Under the pieces are notes generated by a model. It made no database searches, had not been told where the DNA came from, and worked only from the letters and a program-made list of their open reading frames with translations. Shown in pieces: positions 10,260 through 20,124 of a DNA stretch of 64,000 nt; position 1 is the first letter of the stretch; each line of letters starts with the position of its first letter. Both the position numbers and the translations under genes were made by a program. Source of the stretch: a virus; IMG/VR virus record IMGVR_UViG_3300008259_000013, positions 1-64,000 of that record; one strand, 5' to 3'.

Positions 10260-10751
10260 TTAAGAGGGGAAAGATGCTGATCCGTTAGGCGTAATTAATT
10301 TAATAGAATCAATGACTTCCGTTTCTGTTTCTTTAGCAAACCCACAAAAATCAGGACCATAAACAAAAGCGTCTGTGATTTTGTTGTTATATTCTATTTG
10401 AGTTTGATTGGTAACAAAATTTGTTCCTTGTACATAAACCCAAATGTTAGAATCAGAAGCTGAGTAAAACGAAGTCACCGTGGGAACACCTACAATAGTT
10501 TTAACTTCAAAAACTATATCGCTTGTAAAAGCTCCATTTGGGGTTTCTACTCTGAAAGAAGCTGTATTCGCAGAACCTTCCGGTATCGAAACACCCAACG
10601 AAGAGTCTGAATAAACACTAACATTAATACACTCAACAGACCCAAAAAAAACTTTTGTTTGTTCTTGAATAAAGTTGCTTCCAGATAAATAAACCCATTG
10701 CCCTATTTGTCCTATTGTTGTTGATAATGATTCTATTGTTGGTGTGTTCAT
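10260..10751 (-). CDS. tandem IPT/TIG (Ig-like) domain protein
   Basis: PTIESLS..G..GQWVYLSGSNF..V.FG..VETPNG repeated twice; GTGTAA motif upstream. Confidence 0.75.
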   Translation of the reverse strand: MNTPTIESLSTTIGQIGQWVYLSGSNFIQEQTKVFFGSVECINVSVYSDSSLGVSIPEGSANTASFRVETPNGAFTSDIVFEVKTIVGVPTVTSFYSASDSNIWVYVQGTNFVTNQTQIEYNNKITDAFVYGPDFCGFAKETETEVIDSIKLITPNGSASFPS

Positions 10752-10775
10752 ACTAATTTTTATTACACCTAAAAA

Positions 10776-11318
10776 TTAAATATCGCCTTGATGAATCAAA
10801 TACCCTTCAGAACAAAGATCACAAAAGATATGCCAAGCAGGAATCAAATGAATCCTGCCATTATCAGGAGCATTGAACCAAGCATCATTAAACGTACTAA
10901 CAATACTTGGATCTCTTTCTTTAAGCATTTTATCTAGCCCATCAGAATCCTCAAAAGTAAACATCAAAACAATCTTCTTAATTTCGGGCCAATAATAATC
11001 CACAGTTGCCCAGTAACTTTCTTTTGTAGTTGGGCAAAGATAATCACTAAAGCCTTTCTGGGCTTCTGATACTTGATTATGGAAATTAACTTGATACTGC
11101 TCTGGAACGCCAATGTAGCTCATATTTTATTCTTCAATAATGATATACTGATATTTTCTAACTTCATTCATCAAACAACCATAACATCTATGAACGCACC
11201 AATCTGGAATATAATACATATAAGTATCAGTATCACCACAATTAGGGCATTCATCTTGGCAACTGTCTTCAATGATTAATTCTTTGTTGTCGGTAGAAAG
11301 AATTTTCATCTCATACAT
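10776..11318 (-). other. two hypothetical CDS (10776-11123; 11127-11318 with CPNC..CYGC Zn ribbon)
   Basis: ORF track, Cys pattern. Confidence 0.65.
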
Positions 11319-11703
11319 ATCTATAAAACTCTTCGGGTAAGATTACGTTATCAAATACTCCTGTTTTAATTATCTTAAATAGTGGGGCAATGTCTTCTGG
11401 CCGATAGCCAGCCAAGCCGCATCCGATTTTTGAAACAAGAAATTCGTACTCTGGGTGAGAAAATGCTACTGCGAGGAAAGTATCAATGTGAACTTGAATC
11501 TTGTCAAGAGGCAAGGTTTGAATTTTTTTGTCCTTGGTAGGAATGCCGTAGGTCTGCCCGTTCAGTCCATACTCGCCCATCTTGGCCCCCCAACGCAAGG
11601 CTAATTTTGCAGCACCAGCACCATGAATCCCTTTTTCGTTGGCTCCATAAACGAAGACTTGATTCGGCTCAAGGTGACGAATATTTTCTGGAGTATATTT
11701 CAT
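11311..11703 (-). CDS. macrodomain-like phage protein (A1S_2505 type)
   Basis: VFVYGANEKGIHGAGAA, GQTYGIPTK, FLVSKIGCGLAG. Confidence 0.8.
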   Translation of the reverse strand: MKYTPENIRHLEPNQVFVYGANEKGIHGAGAAKLALRWGAKMGEYGLNGQTYGIPTKDKKIQTLPLDKIQVHIDTFLAVAFSHPEYEFLVSKIGCGLAGYRPEDIAPLFKIIKTGVFDNVILPEEFYRYV

Positions 11704-12144
11704 ATTTTATATTTACTATTTTCTAATCCACAAATTAGAACTCCGCTTGCATTGTATTCTTCTGCGAGAGAAATGGCAACAGTAAGGCCAGAATCGTAGC
11801 CCATTTTATAAGCATCTAAAGAAGCCTTCCGAGAAGATACGTCATACAAGACCCAGTTGTCAATACCTTGTTGCTTGAAATAATTTCCAAGAAATATTGC
11901 TGCATCCTTGACTTCTTGAGGGATTTCATGGTGCAAATTTATGTCGGGGGACATATTATTTTTATTCTTCTTTGTTCATTTCTTTCAATTCCTTAGCCAA
12001 TTCAAACAAAGAATCAATTTCAGTAAAAGTACCACTAGCAACACAATGTTCACTAAATGTTTTTTTGTCAAGCATATAACATAAGGCTTTAATGTTGTGG
12101 CTTAAGGTTACAATTTTTAATTTATTGTCGTTAGTCATTTTCAT
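11700..12144 (-). other. two small hypothetical CDS (11700-11954, 11962-12144)
   Basis: ORF track. Confidence 0.65.
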
Positions 12145-12151
12145 ATTTTTA

Positions 12152-12385
12152 TTATTCTTCTACTTTCTCATAAGTAGCTTCAAAGATATCAGGTTTGCAA
12201 GGATAGTGTTCTCCTTTTATACCAGTAATAATATAATCACCGGGAGTAACTATATGTCCTCCTTCAAGGGTTTTTATCCAACCGTTTTGAGTTGGAACGC
12301 CATCTAGTATCACCACTTCTGGATGATCGCCATGCTTGAACCATTGCGTTGCTTCTATAATTACGGGTTTTTTTCTGTATTTCAT
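12152..12385 (-). CDS. PGDYG-like conserved phage protein
   Basis: KYRKKPVIIEA.QW..TLEG..PGDYII.G.KGE.YPCKPDIF..TYE. Confidence 0.8.
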   Translation of the reverse strand: MKYRKKPVIIEATQWFKHGDHPEVVILDGVPTQNGWIKTLEGGHIVTPGDYIITGIKGEHYPCKPDIFEATYEKVEE

Positions 12386-12560
12386 AATTAATTAAAAAAA
12401 TGATTACCGTCATCTTGATCCATAACATCTTCTACATGAAAGTCGTCAAAATTAAAATCCCAAACGCTCATTCTACATTTAGAACAAACAGAAATACTGT
12501 CGCCGCTCCAAGACACGGCGCAATCTTCTAGTTTGGCTTTGGATTTAGTTTTTGAGCAAA

Positions 12561-12929
12561 TCATATCTTTTTAATGCTAACGCTTTCGCTATAATAACCA
12601 TTTGATTCGCCAAGGAACCAGAATTCCAAACTAGCATTTGCAGTCTTCAAAACATATTTAGTCCAAGTGTGACGATCATTATAATATTCATTATGCCAAT
12701 CAGGATCATTTGCGCCAGCATCTTCTTCTGCAAAAATTACTTCACCAATCAATTCATTAACATTTCCGATAACTTTAACAATGCGAACGTGTTCGCAACA
12801 ATCTTGTTCGTGATATACTTTATAAGTTTCATCATTAGTTCTGATGAATACTTCATCGCTATTTATTTCCAGACCATTTATTTCTTTAATTATCTTGCCT
12901 TTTAACTCGAAAAAATTTGCGTAACTCAT
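12561..12929 (-). CDS. conserved phage protein (HxQDCCE / SNGYYSE family)
   Basis: HEQDCCEHV, TWT, GESNGYYSE motifs. Confidence 0.75.
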   Translation of the reverse strand: MSYANFFELKGKIIKEINGLEINSDEVFIRTNDETYKVYHEQDCCEHVRIVKVIGNVNELIGEVIFAEEDAGANDPDWHNEYYNDRHTWTKYVLKTANASLEFWFLGESNGYYSESVSIKKI

Positions 12930-12941
12930 ATATTTAATTTA

Positions 12942-13856
12942 TTAATCTTCCTCGTCAATATCATCGTATTCAAAGATATTTTTAAATAATCCGTAGCCAG
13001 AATAAGACTTAAATACTTTCTTCAAGTCTTCAAGCCTTGAGTCAAGTGTAGGCGGGGCTACAGGATTGTCAAGGATATATTTTTCTCTATGCTGGGTAGT
13101 CAATTTTGCCAGCTTAAGATTCAACTCAAAGATTTGGTTTTCTAATTCAGTTACATCAGGTTGAGAATTAGAATGATATTCTGCTTGAGCATTACGTCGC
13201 TTTATAGCTTCCTTGTGATTAATAACCTTTTGATATTCAGTATTGAATAATTCGTAAGACTCAGCGAGCTTGGGGAAATCTTCAAGGAAGAAATAGAACC
13301 CAATGTTCATAGGGTATTCACCACCAGAATCACCGGGGCAACCAGAGCTAGTATGGAAACCTCTAAAGCCAAGTCCATTTCCATAATTATTAAATAGCAA
13401 AGAATTTATAGAATCGCTGGAATTCTTATTCTTTTTATAATTAAAGATATTGCCTTTAACTTGCCCACTCCAACCTAGAAATTTAGTAGGATAATTATCG
13501 TCTTTGCCACTCCAATTAGTTTTCTTTCCGATTGGTGCGGCGTGAGAATTAGAAACATTTCCGAAAGAAACATCAACTTCAATCTCGCAATCAAGATTCC
13601 AGAATTCTTTGGCTTTTTCTTTTATTAGCTTGGGAATGTCTTCGATATTGGTAAGATTTAAGCGAACCCAATCTTTCTTTTCGATATTAGATTCGTTTTG
13701 CAGTCTCTTTTGCTCTGCGGCAATTGCAGCCTCTTCCTTGGCTTTGATTGCTGCGGCAGCACTACGTTCAGCTTCTGCACGGGAGCGGCATTTCTTGCCA
13801 GTCTCGGGGCAAAGGTATACAGTTTGGGTTTTAATTTCTTTCATAATTAACTCCAT
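12942..13856 (-). CDS. hypothetical phage protein
   Basis: 304 aa ORF; VSNSHAAP, WSG motifs seen in T4-like hypothetical proteins. Confidence 0.75.
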   Translation of the reverse strand: MELIMKEIKTQTVYLCPETGKKCRSRAEAERSAAAAIKAKEEAAIAAEQKRLQNESNIEKKDWVRLNLTNIEDIPKLIKEKAKEFWNLDCEIEVDVSFGNVSNSHAAPIGKKTNWSGKDDNYPTKFLGWSGQVKGNIFNYKKNKNSSDSINSLLFNNYGNGLGFRGFHTSSGCPGDSGGEYPMNIGFYFFLEDFPKLAESYELFNTEYQKVINHKEAIKRRNAQAEYHSNSQPDVTELENQIFELNLKLAKLTTQHREKYILDNPVAPPTLDSRLEDLKKVFKSYSGYGLFKNIFEYDDIDEED

Positions 13857-14191
13857 CTACGGTGATCTTCTGCGATCCACTCTTTGCCATCGTATTCTTC
13901 AATAATCCATTCAACATCATCAGGGATCTCAACGATCTTTAATTCAGAATAAGTACCATCTGCTTTTTCTCCAAGCTCATTTACAACTTCGACAAGAATA
14001 GGATCATTTCTTTTGATATCGCCTTCATAAAAATAATTGCCATCTTTCTTTTCATTTAAATAATAATGAGTTAGTCCTATACTTTTATTACGCTCAAGAA
14101 TTAGATTAAGACCTTTCTTCTTGGCATATAAAAGAACAGCTTCTTGGCTAAGACCAAAGCCGCCAAAGCATTTATTTATTACGATTTTCAT
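13847..14191 (-). CDS. conserved phage protein (KIVINKCFGGFGLS family)
   Basis: KIVINKCFGGFGLS, RNDPILV..V.ELG, EIPDDVEW.I.EYDG.EW. Confidence 0.8.
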   Translation of the reverse strand: MKIVINKCFGGFGLSQEAVLLYAKKKGLNLILERNKSIGLTHYYLNEKKDGNYFYEGDIKRNDPILVEVVNELGEKADGTYSELKIVEIPDDVEWIIEEYDGKEWIAEDHRRWS

Positions 14192-15246
14192 TTTTCTTAA
14201 AGCCTTTGGTTTGCTTTCTGATGCCGGTGATTTCGTAACAACCCCAATCAATCTTATTTACTCCAAACTCATAATCAGGAGGAATAATTAAGTGATTCTT
14301 CAAGATGTATTGCTTTATCTTGCGTTGGGCGTTGTTGTTGCTGGCGAACTGCTTGCCAACAATGTCAGGGGCAAAGTTAGTGGGCTTTTCGCTCTTCTTC
14401 AAGCCTTTTTTTGCAGCTTTTTTCGCAGCTTTTGCCGCCTCTTGAGCAAGAACTCTCTTCTTGCTTTCTAGTGCCAGTTTAGCCCTCAAAGCGTTTCCGC
14501 GAAGGAGCTTGACAGGCTCAGGATTTTCTGGATTAATTTCATCTTCATCATTACGAAAACCTCGACGCTGTTCCCATGCTTTAAATTTTTCATTTATCAT
14601 GGAATAAGTTCCTTGCGGGATATCTGATCCTTTGGCATCCCACCATGCGTAACTTTGTTTGTATCCTGCTTTGTATTGTTCGCTCATTTTAGTGAATATC
14701 TAGTGTGTCGTGATTAATGTAAAGATTGTCTTTAACAGTAGCTCTGAAAGTTTTGTACCAATTGTCCATGTTGTTTTCTACGCCATAAATATAATTGCCA
14801 TACTTATTGCATCCATACAATGGCAAAGGACCAATCTCTCTAATTTTTTTGATTTCTTTTTTAGCAGGTTGATAAGGTTGACCAGCGACTTTAACTTCTG
14901 GGGTATAGGTCTTTTCAGCTTCTATAAATAGAATAAATAACTCAGCAAAAAACTCAATAGAACTATCCTTTACTGCGTGTTGAGTCTCTCCAAGGAAAAG
15001 TTCATAATAGCCAGAAAAATTACCAGAATAGGCTTCGCTGAATGCATAAAGAGAACAATTATAATTTTGATAAACTCCACTCAATCGAAGCGAATGATGA
15101 ACATCATCAAGGCGAAAGCGAGGTTTGTAGTTCTTGATAGCTACTTCAATAGCTTTTTCTTTTGTACTATAATTAAGACGCAAAGGATCAGGAAGCCTTT
15201 CTTGGTCATAGGCATCGCTGATGCTATAATATTCAAAAGATTGCAT
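14172..15246 (-). other. two hypothetical CDS (14172-14687, 14689-15246)
   Basis: ORF track, abutting. Confidence 0.7.
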
Positions 15247-15257
15247 AAAAAAGAAAA

Positions 15258-15366
15258 AATTAAGAGAAGGTCTGGCTTTTATGTAGTTACCAGACAGGCG
15301 ATTGAGTAACCAGAGAAAAATGTTAAAAAACTCCGCTACATTGCCTGTATTTTACTTCTCTTAATT
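15258..15366 (-). ncRNA. candidate structured RNA (closing stem plus pseudoknots)
   Basis: 12-bp AATTAAGAGAAG/CTTCTCTTAATT; ACAGGC/GCCTGT, GTCTGG/CCAGAC, ATGTAG/CTACAT, GTTAC/GTAAC. Confidence 0.5.
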
Positions 15367-15373
15367 AAAAAGA

Positions 15374-16796
15374 TTATTCGATTGCTACGATGGGAGTCAG
15401 CTTGAACAATTTAATGGAGATGCCGTTATAGTGGTCTTGCTTAATATGCTCTGAATCAATTTCGATAATGCCATCTTCAATTTTAGCGTAATTGAGAGTT
15501 TCGTTTGTGATTTGCACCTCTCCAGAATCCCCATCGACATCAACAAAACAATCCAAACTTTCAGAGTTAAGAGTTATATCTCCTCTATAAACAAGGTGAT
15601 ATACTGGACCGTGAGTGATTTCAATTGCATCAGACGACATAATCTGATTAACAATATTCTGAGCTTTCTTAGTTAGTTTAATTGCAGTCATTGTGTTTTG
15701 TGTTTATGTTTAACCGAAAGTTAATTATTTCCTAGAAGTTGAGCAATTTCCCAAGCCTCAAGGTTATATTTAATATGCTGAAATACATCCGAGTCTTTGT
15801 AAATGACATAAGACAAGGTGAATAGATCAAATGATACTTTATCTACAACAATCATATTATGCGGAGGCCATTGGGTTTTCATTCTAGGACGAGAGTTTCG
15901 CCATTCAACTTAGCCATAGCCAAGTTGTCAAGAGCAAATTCGCGGAAGCGACCAATCGGAAGAGTCTTTGTGATTTTATTCTTTTCGATAGTAAGAGGCG
16001 CACTCTTAACTTCTTTATAAGGAGTAACTGGAGGAGTAATCTGCACCTTGGAAGTAACTAAACCAAAAATCTTTAGCGAGCCATCGTTCTTGTTTACTTT
16101 GATACCTTGGATAGTTTTACCATCGACCTTGTAGTCTTCATAAATATCCTTCTTTGTATACTTGGTTTGAGTGCCAGCGAGGCTGGCGTTCAAAGAGGCT
16201 AGGATCTCGTCTGCCGCTTGTCGAGGTAAATCTGTCATAATCTGCTTGTCCACTTCAAGCTCCATGATGCTCTTCTGGAGAATGTTGCGGTAGCTGAATC
16301 CCAGTTGCAAGGTGTATCTGGCGACCTCGCCAGTCGAACGGGAACAGTAGGTGAAGCTGGCGAAGCGAGCAAGGCCAGCTTGGGAGGCAATGAGGTCAAT
16401 GATTTTCATGTCAGGGGTGAGTTTAGTGGGTTTTTGGTGAGGCGCAAGAAGTTTTTTTCGGTAATTTTAATAATTATTTTCCATGCGAGCTTCGTAGGCA
16501 GCTTCAGCCGCATCTTCTCTCGCAGACTGCTGGTCGTCAAGGTATTGTTCGTAAATTTTTTCTTGGAATTCCCGAGTTTTTAAATATTTTTCTATTTCAT
16601 CTATTTCATCTTGGGGCAAGCCTTCCTTATCATAACAAACACTATTGATATCTACGCAAAGTTGCCCTTTGTCATAGCCTCTGAATCCCCAATACTCATA
16701 GGGTCCAATGCCATCAAAGTAAGCAGAGACATCAACTGTTACTGTAATTTCTTTTTCGTTATCTTCTTTGTCAAAATAGCTGATAGTGATTTCCAT
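15374..16796 (-). other. hypothetical CDS (15374-15691, 15879-16409, 16467-16796)
   Basis: ORF track. Confidence 0.7.
16420..16447 (-). promoter_or_regulatory. early promoter TTGCGC-N16-TAAACT
   Basis: ATG 16409 is 10 nt downstream. Confidence 0.7.
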
Positions 16797-16823
16797 AGAA
16801 TATTTTTATGTGTAATGAAGTTT

Positions 16824-17057
16824 ATGAATTATTCTAGCGTTAATTTATCTGGAACTATACCTGCGAAACAAGGTTATGATATTGCAATTACTGCTGCTAT
16901 TAGTGGATTCACAGCGAACGGAGTAAACATACCAACTTCCTTAACTAATCAATTGTATTTAGATAATGCACCTTTTCTTGTTACCGGAAATGTAACAAAC
17001 GCTTCAGCGGGAACCATTTTTTATTACTACGAAGGAAACCTTAAAGGTACAAATTAA
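16824..17057 (+). CDS. small beta-rich, probably virion-associated protein (77 aa, MNYSSVN...)
   Basis: GTGTAA motif at 16810 and terminator downstream; G/T/N/S-rich composition. Confidence 0.65.
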   Translation: MNYSSVNLSGTIPAKQGYDIAITAAISGFTANGVNIPTSLTNQLYLDNAPFLVTGNVTNASAGTIFYYYEGNLKGTN

Positions 17058-17076
17058 AATAACTAAACTAAATAAC

Positions 17077-17106
17077 GGGGGGGCTTTCGCCCCCCCATTT
17101 TTATTT
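17077..17106. terminator. intrinsic terminator between convergent genes
   Basis: GGGGGGGC-TTTC-GCCCCCCC with flanking T/A tracts. Confidence 0.8.
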
Positions 17107-18024
17107 CAGACTTTCCAGATAATTCCTGCCCAATGAAGTAATCTTCCTGCCAGAGACAGTAATTTCCATCAGGTTCAATTTCTGGAGGTAGGTTTCAGCA
17201 TCTCTTTGCAGAGACTGGCGAGACATTTGAGTCTTGGCACTCAAGTTTGTCAAGGTAGTAAGAGATTTTTCAGATAAGATTTTAAGAATCTTTATTTCCA
17301 TTGGGGTAAGCCCCAGAGGATTGATCCCCAACCTTAACTTAAATTCTTGCCAATCTTCCATACTGAATTCTTCTTTATCGACAGAATCAATATAAAGAGT
17401 GATGTTATTAGCCATCTGGGTGGCCTTTCTTGCGTTGCCGCGAAGAACCTTTTTGATTTCCTCTAAGGCCCTTGGGGTTATGGGAACATCAGTATTCTTC
17501 TGTACAATTGCAGCGAGTTCATCATTAGAATATTCTTCTAAATCAATTCGCTCCAGTCTGTCCATCAACGCATGGTGTATTTTGTGAGCTTCAGTAGTAG
17601 CAAACAAGAATGTTATTTTCCTGAAGTCAAATTCTATCGTTGCATCATTATAAAGAAATGTATTTTTATTTTCTTTATTAGGATTCAAGATAGTGAGCAA
17701 AACCGTTTCAACTGGTTTTGGGATTTCGCTGGCTTCGTCAAAGATGATAGTAGATTCTTTACCTATAACATAAGTATCAACTACATCATCAAAGAATGCT
17801 TTGATTGATTTCAAGCTAGAGCAATTGACAAGATAAGCTCTCCTGTTCGCTCCATCTGAATTCACCAATTGCTTGGCATACAAAGTAGCCAGCGTAGTCT
17901 TGCCGCTCCCTCTGGGAGCTACGAAAAGAAGATGAGGAGAAACAAACGTCTTCTTCTGACTCTCTAAATAAAAGGAGAGTCTCTTCTTTATTTTTTCTTG
18001 CCCAATGATTTTATCAAAACTCAT
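17101..18024 (-). CDS. ruvB: RuvB-like Holliday junction branch-migration AAA+ ATPase
   Basis: FDKIIGQ, Walker A APRGSGKTT, Walker B IFDE, ATTE sensor 1, LMDR, RGNAR, C-terminal wHTH ETYLQK..GRKIT. Confidence 0.8.
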   Translation of the reverse strand: MSFDKIIGQEKIKKRLSFYLESQKKTFVSPHLLFVAPRGSGKTTLATLYAKQLVNSDGANRRAYLVNCSSLKSIKAFFDDVVDTYVIGKESTIIFDEASEIPKPVETVLLTILNPNKENKNTFLYNDATIEFDFRKITFLFATTEAHKIHHALMDRLERIDLEEYSNDELAAIVQKNTDVPITPRALEEIKKVLRGNARKATQMANNITLYIDSVDKEEFSMEDWQEFKLRLGINPLGLTPMEIKILKILSEKSLTTLTNLSAKTQMSRQSLQRDAETYLQKLNLMEITVSGRKITSLGRNYLESLK

Positions 18025-18278
18025 TAGTCAAGATTGACTTCAGTCACTTGGACTTTCTCCTCGCTGACAGTCTCGGTGGCTTCGGCCTCCGATGCCTCAA
18101 CGGGGTTTCCTGCATCCTTGTTCACTTCATCCAGAGAGACTGAATGAGCAGACAGGAGGTAGGCAATGCTCTTAACGAATCCCTTGGGGACAGGGATAAC
18201 GTCGTTGTCCTTGAACATCTTGTTGAGGTCGCTCAACTTGATGATAACGTGATGCTTGGTTCCAGACTTCTTAGCCAT
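18024..18278 (-). CDS. hypothetical protein
   Basis: 84 aa, coupled to ruvB-like gene. Confidence 0.7.
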   Translation of the reverse strand: MAKKSGTKHHVIIKLSDLNKMFKDNDVIPVPKGFVKSIAYLLSAHSVSLDEVNKDAGNPVEASEAEATETVSEEKVQVTEVNLD

Positions 18279-18343
18279 ACGATACTACTAATTTACTTTT
18301 GTTGTTGTTGTGAGGATCAAGGCACTCGCCATGATCTGCCCTC

Positions 18344-18371
18344 ATTATGAGGGTCTTAACCGAAAAGTCAA
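18344..18371 (-). promoter_or_regulatory. promoter TTGACT-N16-CATAAT with palindrome over -10
   Basis: CCCTCATTATGAGGG inverted repeat overlaps -10. Confidence 0.65.
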
Positions 18372-18525
18372 CGTCATTTGAGCGATTTTCTGGGAATATT
18401 TTTTATAGTTTAAAGTCCTCTTGGCACGGCCCATGCTCAGTCATTGATGAAGCAGCAGATAGCAACAAGAGCAATCCAAATAAAAAGAATAAGCACAAGT
18501 CCTTTGCCGGTTCCCTCGTAGCCAA

Positions 18526-19359
18526 TTACTGTAAGCATTCTATCGTAATTTGTTTTTTTTTGATTTCTCGTTTTATTATTTTCATAGCTTCGATTTCAAT
18601 CTGGGCTACTCTTTGCTTTGATAACGAAAGCTCTTCCCCAATAGAAGCAAGGTCTTTGCGTTCGGCATTATTAAAACCATATCTGTTATTTATAACAAAT
18701 TTGTGTTTCTTTGGGAGGCAAGCGACTATATTCTCAATGATAGCTAAAACATCTACGTTATCTGCTGCGGCATCTGGGCGGATAGCCGTGTTGTCTTTAA
18801 GCTCAAGATAAAACTCTGCACCACAATCATTCTTATAATCTAAAGATAAAGATTTAGATTCAATTAATGTTAAGATGTACCCAAGATTAAAGTCGTCCAC
18901 CTTAAAATGATCCATTAGCTCTTGCTTCTCTGGGGCGTGTTGATGTTGAGATTCATATTCTTGAATATAGTTTTTTATTTTAATCGCAAGACGCACTACA
19001 TCTTGCGGTGCATGAAGAGTGTTAAAATAAATCTTGGCTAAGTATTTAAGCATTTTGCCTTTTATACTGTAGCTTGCGAAAGTAAGGAACCTGATTTCCC
19101 TACTCTGATCAAATTTATCTAAGGCTTCCATTAGCCCTATAGATCCCTCGCTGATTAAATCTTCTGCTTTGTCTTGGCAGATAGAATATTCATTAGCGCA
19201 TTTGACAACGTACAATAAACAAGAATGAATAATTTTAGTTTTTGCTTCAAACCATCCGTCTAATTTATTTTGATAAATGTGAATGAGCTTCTTTTCTTCT
19301 TCTTGAGAAAGCGGCTCCGACTCTATCTCTGAAATTAATTTGTTTACAGTTTCCGTCAT
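18526..19359 (-). CDS. phage-encoded sigma-70 family RNA polymerase sigma factor
   Basis: Region 1.2 PLSQEEE, region 2 DLISEGSIGLMEALDKFD..RFLTFA, region 4 IGEELSLSKQRVAQIE; start at ATGA overlap 19359. Confidence 0.88.
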   Translation of the reverse strand: MTETVNKLISEIESEPLSQEEEKKLIHIYQNKLDGWFEAKTKIIHSCLLYVVKCANEYSICQDKAEDLISEGSIGLMEALDKFDQSREIRFLTFASYSIKGKMLKYLAKIYFNTLHAPQDVVRLAIKIKNYIQEYESQHQHAPEKQELMDHFKVDDFNLGYILTLIESKSLSLDYKNDCGAEFYLELKDNTAIRPDAAADNVDVLAIIENIVACLPKKHKFVINNRYGFNNAERKDLASIGEELSLSKQRVAQIEIEAMKIIKREIKKKQITIECLQ

Positions 19360-20078
19360 AGGCAATAAGCCCAGTAGTGACAATTTTTTTGCTGTTGTTT
19401 TCTATTCCAGAATATAGCCCTAGCAATGTAACTAGGAACATTAAACATTTTGCTCCAGATAAGCCAATGCTCTTCTATATTCTTGTACTGTCTGCCGTGC
19501 TTGGATTGATTTAATTTATAGAGTTGGAAAAGGTGAGTGTCAGCGCAAAAGCAATGAGCTTCTAATGGATGCTGCATTTCCAGAGCAAAGCTAGTTTTAG
19601 CCAGCCCTAGCCCCAAGATGCGACTCTCTAGCCTGTCCCGGTATTCAGTCCACTTTTCGGAATTCTTTTTTTCGTATTCTGACTTGCGGTTTTGCCAATA
19701 ATCTTTAGAAAAAGCAGAAATAAATCTCACTCTATTATTATGCAAGCCAACTCCGCACTCAATTAATCTTGAGCGCAACTCTTCATCATTTCCTATCCAG
19801 TTCCAGAAGTCTTTTATTCTGAGGTAGGCTTTTACGTTGTTCTCCCATGTAGTATGGACAGACAAGAAGGCAAACAAATATCTCTGGAATTTTTGCTCTG
19901 GTTCTTCTGGGGTCAACTTATCCCAGTAGTTTTGATGCTCTTCTATTTCATTTGAGCTAATAGAATGAAAGAACTCCTCTACATCTTTAGTAAAAGGCTT
20001 TCTAACAATTGGCCCGTCAAATAAATCTCCTTGAATAAGAGAATTATTGTAAATCCCTCCAATAAAATCCAATTGCAT
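19356..20078 (-). CDS. HhH-GPD superfamily DNA glycosylase-like (OGG2-like)
   Basis: FAFLSVHT, HNNR, HhH ILGLGLAKTSF, catalytic-Asp-like DTHL, Y..IE. Confidence 0.55.
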   Translation of the reverse strand: MQLDFIGGIYNNSLIQGDLFDGPIVRKPFTKDVEEFFHSISSNEIEEHQNYWDKLTPEEPEQKFQRYLFAFLSVHTTWENNVKAYLRIKDFWNWIGNDEELRSRLIECGVGLHNNRVRFISAFSKDYWQNRKSEYEKKNSEKWTEYRDRLESRILGLGLAKTSFALEMQHPLEAHCFCADTHLFQLYKLNQSKHGRQYKNIEEHWLIWSKMFNVPSYIARAIFWNRKQQQKNCHYWAYCL

Positions 20079-20085
20079 ACTAGAA

Positions 20086-20111
20086 AGGGGGCGAGGTTTC
20101 CCCCGCCCCCT
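20086..20111 (-). terminator. intrinsic terminator after rIIB
   Basis: AGGGGGCGGGG-GAAA-CCTCGCCCCCT then T-rich. Confidence 0.7.
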
Positions 20112-20124
20112 AGGTGTAGTCTAC

